NCBI GenBank assembly: GCA_964500855.1
Contig: CAZCQK010000002.1
Location: 6,728 to 39,833 of the forward strand
DNA from: an uncultured Candidatus Saccharibacteria bacterium
GTDB taxonomy: Bacteria > Patescibacteriota > Minisyncoccia > Phycocordibacterales > CAIRYW01
Length of the DNA stretch: 33,106 nt
Direction of reading: 5' to 3'
The notes beneath the pieces were generated by a model, which was not told the origin of the DNA, made no database searches, and was given only the letters and a program-made list of their open reading frames with translations. The position numbers were made by a program, and so were the translations under genes. Positions 17,123-25,030 of this stretch are shown in pieces. Each line of letters begins with the position of its first letter. Position 1 is the stretch's first letter.

Positions 17123-17640
17123 TGAAAAATTTAAATTCAAATAAAGGTTTCTCATTGGTTGAACTTATCACTTATACCGCACTACTTTCTATTCTTGTTG
17201 TGGTTATTACTAATGTGATTGTTATGCTTTATAACGCAAATGCCGTGGTAAAAGCAACAAGAAATGTTGAGAATTCGGCCATTACTGCAACAGATAAACT
17301 AATAAGAGAGATAAGAGCAGCTTCGTCAGTAGATCTGGTAAACTCTTCTTTAAATAATGATAATGGAATACTGAAGTTAAATATCTCCGATTCATCTGGT
17401 TCTAGAACTTCTAGATTTTATATTCAGAATAATCGAATTATGATTGACGATAATGATGTACAGACTGGTCCACTTACAATATCTGATACTATCGTGTCTT
17501 CTCTTAGGTTTTATTATCTCGCAACAACAACATCCAAGGCAGTTAAATTCGAGATGACTCTTGTTGGACCACCCTCAACCCCTGGAATTAGTGAAAAGTA
17601 TTATGGCACGACCGTTCTTAGAGGATCATACGTTCAATAA
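17122..17640 (+). CDS. Minor pilin-like protein
   Basis: NSNKG|FSLVELITYTALLSILVVVI is a canonical prepilin N-terminus. TAATG overlap with the upstream gene. Confidence 0.75.
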   Translation: MKNLNSNKGFSLVELITYTALLSILVVVITNVIVMLYNANAVVKATRNVENSAITATDKLIREIRAASSVDLVNSSLNNDNGILKLNISDSSGSRTSRFYIQNNRIMIDDNDVQTGPLTISDTIVSSLRFYYLATTTSKAVKFEMTLVGPPSTPGISEKYYGTTVLRGSYVQ

Positions 17641-19478
17641 TGAAAACAAAATCATCAAAAAATAGAGGTCAGGTAGTAATCTTAACTGTGATATTTTTCC
17701 TAATCATTTCTGTTACTGTCATTGCTGCGGTCGTTATTCCAACAGCAAATCAAGTTAGATCTGTTACAGAGCTTTTGAGAGCAAAGCAGGGATATATGGC
17801 TGCTGATTCTGTGAATGAAGACGCTTGGTATAGACTAAGTCTTAACAAAACCTTACCTTCTACAATGACCTTGCCTTTTGCGACTCCGGTATCTACTTCG
17901 GCAACTGTCACATCATCGAGTGGGTCTGTTTCTATTAAGACTACTGGAGCTGATGGTTCTACCGTGAGACTTGCTCAAAGCACTTTCTCAGCCGGTCAAT
18001 CAGTCGGATTTCCGTATGCTCTCCAGACTGGTACAGGAGGAATATCGCTTACAGGAGGTGCTCACATAACTGGAGATGTTTACACTAATGGAAGCATTAC
18101 TTCTGATTCTTCTGGACCATATATAACAGGTTCTGCTGTTGCAGCTAATAATGCTTCAGCCTATATTGACCAAACAAATGGTTATGCCGATGGCACAACA
18201 CCTCTTACAATGAGTATTGGTATTAATGCTTCTTCTCAGGATGCATCACAGAGCTTTCAGGTAACGACCGGAAGTCTACCGATGACTGCTATAAGGCTTT
18301 ATATGAAGAAGTTTGGTTCACCAGCTAATTTGACTGTTCGCATAGTATCTGACAATGCTGGATCGCCAGGAGGTAGCGCTCTTTGGTCAGGTACTTTGAA
18401 CGCTAGTCTAGTGACCACTAATTTTACCTATATTACTTTAAATGTTTCTCCATCGCTTACCTTAACTCCGAATACTAAGTATTGGATTGTGTTTGATTCC
18501 AGTACCGCTAGTTCAGCTAAATATTATGTTACTGCCATGACCAACAATGCTTACTCATATGGGGTAGCAAAGCTTAGTTCTGGGTGGAATAGTACGAATG
18601 GAGGTACGTGGAGTACTGTATCACCAAGTACAGGGGACGCTTATTTTGATATTTTCTTAGGTGGCCTTCCAAATAAAATAAGTGGTGCTAGTCAGTACCA
18701 AAGAGTGTTAGTCGGTACAGCAGGGACTGGATTTGCTTGGGCAGATGAGATTGATAGCGCGACTTTGTATGGGACGGGCTACTGCTTTGCTAGTAATTAT
18801 ATGTATAACAGCGGTGGTACTTCTAAGTACTGTGATGAATCACGTTCAAATCCAACCCCAGCAACATATCCAATCTCTGATACCCAAATAACAGGTTGGA
18901 AGAATCTAGCGAGCGCAGGTTGGACTTATAACGGTAACCTGACTTTGGGAGGAGGTATAAGCACAACAACTGGAGCACTCAAAATAAATGGTAATTTAAC
19001 TTTGGGAGGAGGAGCTACGCTTTCTATTACCGCTCCAGTTTGGGTTACTGGATATATTGATCTAGAGGGAGGAAGTAAGATTAAGGTACCTTCATCAGCT
19101 GGGACTAGTGGTGGCATAATTATTGCTGACGGTAGGATATTCGTCGGAGGAGGATCTGACTTTAGAGGCTCAGGTACAGCAGGGAGCTACATGATGGCTA
19201 TTTCCAATTCACTTTGCCCTTATAGTGGTACCTGCTCTGGTAATGGTAGCGGGAATGCGATAGATATCGAGGGAGGATCAGGCTCCGTTATATTGGTTGC
19301 ATTAAATGGTAAGGTATCTATTCAAGGAGGAGCACAGGCTAATGACGTTGTGGCTAAGCAGATATGGGTGGATGGTGGGTCTTCGGTAGTTTATGATCCG
19401 AATCTTGTTGGACCGAGCTTTGTGGGCGCTTCTTCTGGTTCGTGGAAGGTGGGAAGTTGGGGTGAGGTGTCTGATTAA
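17640..19478 (+). CDS. Large PilX-like pilus-associated protein with a G/S/T-rich repetitive C-terminal region
   Basis: N-terminus KNRGQVVILTVIFFLIISVTVIAAVV resembles PilX_N, with no E+5. The C-terminal third has periodic GG-containing strands (LTLGGGISTTTG, LTLGGGATLSI, IDLEGGSKIKV, IFVGGGSDF, IDIEGGSGSV, SIQGGAQAN, VDGGSSVVY), which suggests a beta-helix. Confidence 0.7.
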   Translation: MKTKSSKNRGQVVILTVIFFLIISVTVIAAVVIPTANQVRSVTELLRAKQGYMAADSVNEDAWYRLSLNKTLPSTMTLPFATPVSTSATVTSSSGSVSIKTTGADGSTVRLAQSTFSAGQSVGFPYALQTGTGGISLTGGAHITGDVYTNGSITSDSSGPYITGSAVAANNASAYIDQTNGYADGTTPLTMSIGINASSQDASQSFQVTTGSLPMTAIRLYMKKFGSPANLTVRIVSDNAGSPGGSALWSGTLNASLVTTNFTYITLNVSPSLTLTPNTKYWIVFDSSTASSAKYYVTAMTNNAYSYGVAKLSSGWNSTNGGTWSTVSPSTGDAYFDIFLGGLPNKISGASQYQRVLVGTAGTGFAWADEIDSATLYGTGYCFASNYMYNSGGTSKYCDESRSNPTPATYPISDTQITGWKNLASAGWTYNGNLTLGGGISTTTGALKINGNLTLGGGATLSITAPVWVTGYIDLEGGSKIKVPSSAGTSGGIIIADGRIFVGGGSDFRGSGTAGSYMMAISNSLCPYSGTCSGNGSGNAIDIEGGSGSVILVALNGKVSIQGGAQANDVVAKQIWVDGGSSVVYDPNLVGPSFVGASSGSWKVGSWGEVSD

Positions 19479-19516
19479 GGTTTCTTGGTTTTGGATTTTG
19501 AGGTAGAATAAGCTCT

Positions 19517-20251
19517 ATGAAAAAAATAATAATCGGGAACTGGAAGCAAAACCCAAAGACTAGCAAAGAGGCTCTAAAGATTATTTCTTCTATCAAACCA
19601 AACAAAAATATTGAAATGGTGGTATGCCCACCATTTCCTTTTCTTTCTATCTTTTCTAAAAAAGGGTCTCTAAAGATTGGTGCGCAAGACGTATCGAATA
19701 TTAAAGAAGGTGCACACACAGGAGAAGTTGGTGCTTCTATGCTTAAATCAGTTGGAGTGGATTATGTGATTGTCGGTCATTCGGAGAGACGTAGTCTGGG
19801 CGATACTGGAGAAGTGGTCGCGACTAAAGCGAATCTGGTACTCAAAAATAAGATGTCTCCTGTTATCTGCATCGGAGAGAAGGAGCGTCATCATGATGGG
19901 GAGCATTGGGCGGTCATATCAAGGGAGCTACACGCATCGCTTTCTGGAATCTCTAAAGCAGATATTAAGAAAGTGGTCATAGCTTATGAGCCTATTTGGG
20001 CTATCGGGTCACATAGTAAAGGAGCGATGAAGGTAGAAGATATTGCGGAGTCTGTGATTTTTATTAGAAAGGTATTGTCTGAGATGTATAGCAATAAGAT
20101 TGCTCATGATGTGCGAGTGGTCTATGGAGGGTCGGTTGATGTTTCCGACGCATCTTCTATTTCATTAGACGGAGGAGTTTCTGGATTTCTTATTGGTAGA
20201 GAAAGTCTGAATCCGAAGCATTTTGATAAGATTGCTTTGTTTCTAAAATAA
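19517..20251 (+). CDS. tpiA: Triosephosphate isomerase
   Basis: IIGNWKQN, VGHSERR and IAYEPIWAIG motifs. Confidence 0.9.
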   Translation: MKKIIIGNWKQNPKTSKEALKIISSIKPNKNIEMVVCPPFPFLSIFSKKGSLKIGAQDVSNIKEGAHTGEVGASMLKSVGVDYVIVGHSERRSLGDTGEVVATKANLVLKNKMSPVICIGEKERHHDGEHWAVISRELHASLSGISKADIKKVVIAYEPIWAIGSHSKGAMKVEDIAESVIFIRKVLSEMYSNKIAHDVRVVYGGSVDVSDASSISLDGGVSGFLIGRESLNPKHFDKIALFLK

Positions 20252-20256
20252 TCTTT

Positions 20257-21453
20257 ATGAAAAATATTACATACAACAAAGACGCTCTTAAAGGTAAAAG
20301 AGTGTTGGTACGTGTTGACTTTAATGTTGAGCTTGAGAATGGAGTGGTTAAGAGTGAGTTTAGGCTGAAGCGTACAATACCTACCATTCGTGAGTTAACA
20401 CTATCTGGAGCAAAGGTAATACTTATGGCTCATATAGATGAGAAGGAGGGAGGGACTTTAGAACCAATTGCGCGTTATTTGGTGAAGGAATTCCCAAGGC
20501 TATTTTTTGTTAAAGATATATTTTCTACTGAAGCTAGAGATGTGTCTATTAGGATGAATGACGGGGATGTTATCTTGTTTGAGAACTTGCGAGTATGGGA
20601 CGGAGAGAAGGCGAATGATGAATCATTCGCGAAGCACTTGGCGTCATTTGGAGATATATATGTGAACGAGGCTTTCTCTGTCTCGCATAGAGAACATGCG
20701 TCAATCGTCGGTCTCCCAAAACTACTCCCATCATTTATTGGTCCTGCATTCGCGAGAGAGATAGAACACCTAAGCCAAGCCTTCAATCCTCATAAGCCAT
20801 TTCTATTGGTACTTGGTGGAGCAAAGTTCGAGACCAAAGTACCACTTCTTGATAAGTTCTTAGATCTTGCTGATTTGGTATTCGTTGCTGGAGCTATTAT
20901 GAATGACTTCTTTAAGAATAAGGGTTACTTTGTTGGAGATTCTTTGGTATCACCTAATGCCTCTCAAGGCGAGCTTCATAGATTACTGCAATCGACCAAG
21001 CTAATGCTTCCTGTTGATGTTACTACCACCTTTAAGGGTGAGAAGTTTATAAAGCTTCCATCAGAAGTTGGTATCGGAGAGAAGATTGTTGATATTGGGG
21101 ATAAGGCCATCAAAATGCTAAAGGGGATTGTGGATGAATCTCATTTCATACTTTGGAACGGTCCACTTGGTAAAAATGATTCTGGCTTTAATGCTGGTAC
21201 TGAAGCTCTCGCCAAGATAATTGCTAACTCATCTGCCATGTCTATTGTTGGAGGAGGGGATGTGGTGGCTGTAATTGAAAAGATGGATATTATGGACAAG
21301 TTCACATTCGTCTCAGCTGGAGGAGGGGCTATGCTTGATTTCCTCGCTCTTGAGACTTTGCCTGGTATTGAAGCAGTACTCGCTTCTACTCAAGAAATAA
21401 AAAAACCAGAAGCCCAAAAAGGTTTCTGGAAGAGACTCTCAGATTGGTTTTAG
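20257..21453 (+). CDS. pgk: Phosphoglycerate kinase
   Basis: RVDFNV, NLRVWDGE-type motifs and C-terminal GGGD..VSAGGGAMLDFL are typical of PGK. 398 aa. Confidence 0.92.
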   Translation: MKNITYNKDALKGKRVLVRVDFNVELENGVVKSEFRLKRTIPTIRELTLSGAKVILMAHIDEKEGGTLEPIARYLVKEFPRLFFVKDIFSTEARDVSIRMNDGDVILFENLRVWDGEKANDESFAKHLASFGDIYVNEAFSVSHREHASIVGLPKLLPSFIGPAFAREIEHLSQAFNPHKPFLLVLGGAKFETKVPLLDKFLDLADLVFVAGAIMNDFFKNKGYFVGDSLVSPNASQGELHRLLQSTKLMLPVDVTTTFKGEKFIKLPSEVGIGEKIVDIGDKAIKMLKGIVDESHFILWNGPLGKNDSGFNAGTEALAKIIANSSAMSIVGGGDVVAVIEKMDIMDKFTFVSAGGGAMLDFLALETLPGIEAVLASTQEIKKPEAQKGFWKRLSDWF

Positions 21454-21458
21454 ATTAC

Positions 21459-21872
21459 TTAATCCTTTATGCTCTCTATTATTTTTTGAGCTACTGATTC
21501 CGCTTCTCCTTCCTTGTAGTCCTTCTGGGGCCAGAGGGTGAGACCGTCGTTTGGCTTTCTTGGGATGACGTGGATATGCGCATGAAATATTACTTGGCCC
21601 GCTCCTGCTTCGTTATTCATATTTAGATTAATACCGTCAGCATCAAGTGCGTCTTTGAGCGCCAAGGCCACTTTCTTGGTAGTTAGAGAAAGTCTCGCCA
21701 AGGTCTCGTCAGGTAGGGTGTAGATATTTTCGAAGTGGTCCTTTGGTATCACTAAGGTATGACCTGGATTGACGGGTCTTATATCGAGGAAGGCGAGGGT
21801 GTGATCATCCTCATAGATCTTCTTAGAAGGTATCTCTCCAGAGACAATCTTGCAAAATATGCATTCATTCAT
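21459..21872 (-). CDS. HIT-family (histidine triad) nucleotide hydrolase
   Basis: CIFCKI, NPGHTLVIPK and the HAHIHVIP triad. An extended -10 TGcTAAAAT (21887..21879) lies 6 nt upstream of the ATG. Confidence 0.9.
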   Translation of the reverse strand: MNECIFCKIVSGEIPSKKIYEDDHTLAFLDIRPVNPGHTLVIPKDHFENIYTLPDETLARLSLTTKKVALALKDALDADGINLNMNNEAGAGQVIFHAHIHVIPRKPNDGLTLWPQKDYKEGEAESVAQKIIESIKD

Positions 21873-21962
21873 AAGCTTATTTTAGCAGGACTCTGGGCCT
21901 GTACTTATTGCTTTTTATTAAAATATGTGTTATTAATTAACCCTTGTTCTTTCTAGGATTTG

Positions 21963-22003
21963 GTTGCGGGACTGTTGGTGTTATGTGCCCACAGTCCCGC
22001 AAC
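21963..22003. other. GC-rich 13-bp perfect hairpin at the edge of a high-G+C island
   Basis: gttgcgggactgt (21963-21975) / acagtcccgcaac (21991-22003), 15-nt loop. No T-run on either strand, so it is not a classical terminator. Confidence 0.7.
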
Positions 22004-22063
22004 TAATAGAGATGATAAGCTTGGATGACCCAGGTACTTTTCTATTTTTTGGGGGATTTCATT

Positions 22064-22495
22064 ATGGTAGCAACTGAATTTTTTAAGACTGGATTCGCCA
22101 GTTTCACTGTCGCTGGCCAGAAACCCAGAAGATTCCAAGTCCGCGATTTGGTGGCGAGGGTATCCGTTGAGGATGTCATCACTCATCTTCTGGAAGTCAG
22201 CTTCATCGACCCGGATACCGTTTCCGACAGCCTTATGAAAAAAGGGCTTGCGATGGAGAAGAGTGTCTTCGAGGAGATGGTTGCCTTCAAGAAAGGCTGT
22301 CAGCATTTCTTCAGGGCGGGTCCTGGTCGACCAAGCGCTCTTGCTGATTCACACATTGAGAACTTCGCCTTCGTAAGTGATGACGGAGAAGTGCTTCTCG
22401 CTGTGGTCGATAAGGCAACGACGGAAATCGAGTATTCTGAGCTCGATCTGCATCGTGAGTTCGGAGTGTTCTCCAGACTTATCACTCTCATCTGA
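22064..22495 (+). CDS. Hypothetical protein (143 aa; 156 aa if ATG 22025 is used) in a high-G+C island; strand uncertain
   Basis: Uninterrupted plus-strand ORF. About 40% G at codon position 1. GGGGGA box at 22051-22056, 7 nt from the ATG. A hairpin plus T-run lies downstream. The antisense frame is also open, apart from one TGA. Confidence 0.45.
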   Translation: MVATEFFKTGFASFTVAGQKPRRFQVRDLVARVSVEDVITHLLEVSFIDPDTVSDSLMKKGLAMEKSVFEEMVAFKKGCQHFFRAGPGRPSALADSHIENFAFVSDDGEVLLAVVDKATTEIEYSELDLHREFGVFSRLITLI

Positions 22496-22507
22496 ATCCC
22501 AACCGTT

Positions 22508-22555
22508 CGTACCCCTCGCTCTCACCTGAAGATCGTGGGGTACGTTCATTTTTGA
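22508..22555 (+). terminator. Possible terminator after the island ORF
   Basis: 8-bp stem cgtacccc (22508-22515) / ggggtacg (22537-22544) followed by ttcattttt. The 21-nt loop is large, so confidence is low. Confidence 0.35.
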
Positions 22556-22567
22556 TAATTCATTAGG

Positions 22568-22582
22568 TGCTATAATCAAGCG
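22568..22582 (+). promoter_or_regulatory. Extended -10 promoter TGcTATAAT, 6 nt upstream of the recJ ATG
   Basis: tgc tataat at 22568-22576, 6 nt, then the ATG at 22583. Confidence 0.5.
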
Positions 22583-24292
22583 ATGAAACATTACGGTGTG
22601 AGAGAAAGGATTGATAATGCTACTGCTTCAAAGCTCAGCGACTATTCTGGCGTTCTCGCTAACTTGTTATTCCAAAGAGGCATTTTAGATAATAAAGAGG
22701 CGGAGCTATTTCTAAATATTGGTTATGATAACAATCTCCACGACCCGTTTTTGATACATGATATGAAGATTGCTTCAGAGCGAATAATTGAAGCAATCAA
22801 ACTGGATCAAAAGATTGCTATCTATTCTGATTATGATGCTGATGGGATACCGGGAGGAGTAGTGCTCCACGACTTTTTCAAAAAAATTGGGTTCTCAAAT
22901 TTTTTAAATTATATACCTGATAGGAGTGAAGAAGGGTTCGGACTCAACAAAGAAGCGCTCACGTCACTTAAAGCGAAAGGGGTAGAGCTCATTATTACTG
23001 TTGATTGTGGTACTTCGGAGGTCGAGAATGTGGAATTCGCAAATCGTCTAGGACTCGAAGTTATAATAACAGATCATCACAATGCTCCAGATGTTTTGCC
23101 CAATGCACTTGCCATAGTGAATCCAAAGCTCTCGATAGAGTATCCTTTCCCCATGCTTTGTGGAGCGGGAGTGGCATTCAAGCTCGTCCAAGCAATACTC
23201 GCAACAGACCGTTTCGGACTAAAAGATGGCGAGGAGAAGTGGCTTTTGGATATGGTTGGTATCGCAACACTCTCTGACATGGTGCCTCTCATAGGTGAGA
23301 ATAGGGTCTTGGCTACTTATGGACTCAAGGTGTTGCGCAAGAGTCGGAGGGTGGGATTAAGGAGATTATTTCAAAAGCTAAAGATTGATCAGAATAATAT
23401 TACTGAGGATGATGTGGGGTTTATGATTACTCCGAGGATAAATGCTGCTAGTCGAATGGGAGTATCTTATGATGCATTTAATTTACTCACAACCTGTAGC
23501 GCGGAGGAAGCGGATGAGTTGGTCAACAAGCTTGAGAAAGTAAATAAAGAACGAAAGGGTACGACGGCTTTCTTGGTGAAGGAGGTTAAGAAGCATATTG
23601 AAGCAAAGTATTCTCCATACTTTCAAAATAAAATAATTGTTGCTGGAGATCCTGCTTGGAAACCATCACTTCTTGGGCTCGTTGCCAATACTCTCGCATC
23701 AGAAGCATCGAAGCCGGTGTTCCTCTGGGGGCGCGATGGAGTCCAAGAGAATCTGAAGGGTTCTTGCAGGTCTGTTGGTTCTATATCAGTGACTGAGCTC
23801 ATGACTTCTGTGAGCCCTGGAATATTTACTGAGTATGGAGGGCACCATCTAGCGGGAGGATTCTCTGTTTCTTACGAATCAATTCATTTACTCGAAGATG
23901 AATTATCAAGGGTTTATGAGAAGCTGTCTATTGTGGATGAGAGATTGGAGAGCTTGGTAGATGACGTGCTTACGGTAGCCGATATCAATGAAGGGTTTAT
24001 GAGGGATATTGATAAGCTAGCGCCGTTTGGTACAGGTAATCCAAAGCCACTGTTTTTGATTAGTGAAGCAGATGTTATCTCGGTGTCACCATTTGGTAAG
24101 ACCAAGGAGCATCTCAAAATAATATTAAAGGATGCTTCTAATCGAGAGGTAGAAGCGGTAGCATTCTTCGCTCCGAAGGAACTCTTTGATAAGTCTATTG
24201 GTAGAGATAAGTTATCGATAGTTGGTAATGTGGAGCGGTCGTCATTCTTGGGTCGTAAGAGCATCCGTATACGCATAGAGGATATCGTTTAA
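22583..24292 (+). CDS. recJ: Single-stranded-DNA-specific exonuclease RecJ
   Basis: DHH-family motifs IYSDYDADG, TVDCG and ITDHH, plus a DHHA1-like GGHHLAGG motif. Confidence 0.9.
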   Translation: MKHYGVRERIDNATASKLSDYSGVLANLLFQRGILDNKEAELFLNIGYDNNLHDPFLIHDMKIASERIIEAIKLDQKIAIYSDYDADGIPGGVVLHDFFKKIGFSNFLNYIPDRSEEGFGLNKEALTSLKAKGVELIITVDCGTSEVENVEFANRLGLEVIITDHHNAPDVLPNALAIVNPKLSIEYPFPMLCGAGVAFKLVQAILATDRFGLKDGEEKWLLDMVGIATLSDMVPLIGENRVLATYGLKVLRKSRRVGLRRLFQKLKIDQNNITEDDVGFMITPRINAASRMGVSYDAFNLLTTCSAEEADELVNKLEKVNKERKGTTAFLVKEVKKHIEAKYSPYFQNKIIVAGDPAWKPSLLGLVANTLASEASKPVFLWGRDGVQENLKGSCRSVGSISVTELMTSVSPGIFTEYGGHHLAGGFSVSYESIHLLEDELSRVYEKLSIVDERLESLVDDVLTVADINEGFMRDIDKLAPFGTGNPKPLFLISEADVISVSPFGKTKEHLKIILKDASNREVEAVAFFAPKELFDKSIGRDKLSIVGNVERSSFLGRKSIRIRIEDIV

Positions 24293-24313
24293 TATTTGTG
24301 CAATAATAGGAGC

Positions 24314-25030
24314 ATGTCTAAGGCTTTGATATTTACTGATGGTTCATCGAGAGGTAATCCTGGATTGGGAGGGTATGGTGCTATTGTGTGTTATAAGAAT
24401 GAGAAGGGTAAGATGGTTCGAGAGCTTGGAGGCTTTGAGAAGAGCACTACCAACAATCGTATGGAGATGACTGCTGTTATAGAAGCATTGGTGTTTGCCA
24501 AAGAAAGTGGAGCGGACGAGATTTTGTTATTTACTGATTCGGAATATGTGAAGAAAGGGGCGACGGAATGGGCCTATGGATGGGCATCAAATAATTGGAA
24601 GACTAAGGCCAACATGCCCGTACTCAATCAAGATTTATGGCAGAAAATGTTAGTGCTTGTTGGGTCTCTAGATGTTACGTTCAAGGTTATACCTGGGCAC
24701 TTTGGTATCGCTGGTAATGAGAGGTGTGATGTTATCGCAACATCATTTGCGGATAGTAAGCCCACACCATTATTTAATGGAGCTTTTGATGATTATAAGG
24801 TGAGTCTCGAAGTCGACGTAAGTCATGGGAGCCTTAGTCAGCCCAAGGTTATGCGAAGCAAATCTGCCAAGGCATATTCTTATGTTAGTGAAGTCGGGGG
24901 TGAGGTCAGAGTCCATAAGACTTGGGCCGATTGCGAGAGTAGGGTGAAGGGAAAGCGAGGTGCACGTTACCGCAAGGCGCTCAGTAAGAATGAAGAACTA
25001 AGTTTAATAGATGAGTTCTCCAAATACTAA
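24314..25030 (+). CDS. rnhA: Ribonuclease HI with a C-terminal hybrid-binding (Cauli_VI-like) domain
   Basis: RNase H core: FTDGSSRGNPGLGGYG, NNRMEMTAVIEAL, TDSEYV. The C-terminal AYSYVSEVGGEVRVHKTWADCESRVKGKRGARYRKALSKNEE matches the pattern of the RNase H1 N-terminal/viroplasmin domain. ATG 24314 preferred over TTG 24296. Confidence 0.85.
   Translation: MSKALIFTDGSSRGNPGLGGYGAIVCYKNEKGKMVRELGGFEKSTTNNRMEMTAVIEALVFAKESGADEILLFTDSEYVKKGATEWAYGWASNNWKTKANMPVLNQDLWQKMLVLVGSLDVTFKVIPGHFGIAGNERCDVIATSFADSKPTPLFNGAFDDYKVSLEVDVSHGSLSQPKVMRSKSAKAYSYVSEVGGEVRVHKTWADCESRVKGKRGARYRKALSKNEELSLIDEFSKY

Noticed and set aside
21953-22591. Minus-strand ORFs 22349..22591 and 21953..22306 are in the same frame, separated only by one TGA. 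This suggested UGA recoding (code 4/25 or selenocysteine).
   Set aside because: The host clearly uses TGA as a stop (the TrmB gene ends at 1637-1639 and the PfkB kinase at 29949-29951, both at family-typical lengths). The plus-strand frame is uninterrupted and has an RBS-like box. I did not see a SECIS-like element. Kept as an open alternative in the findings, not as an annotated feature.
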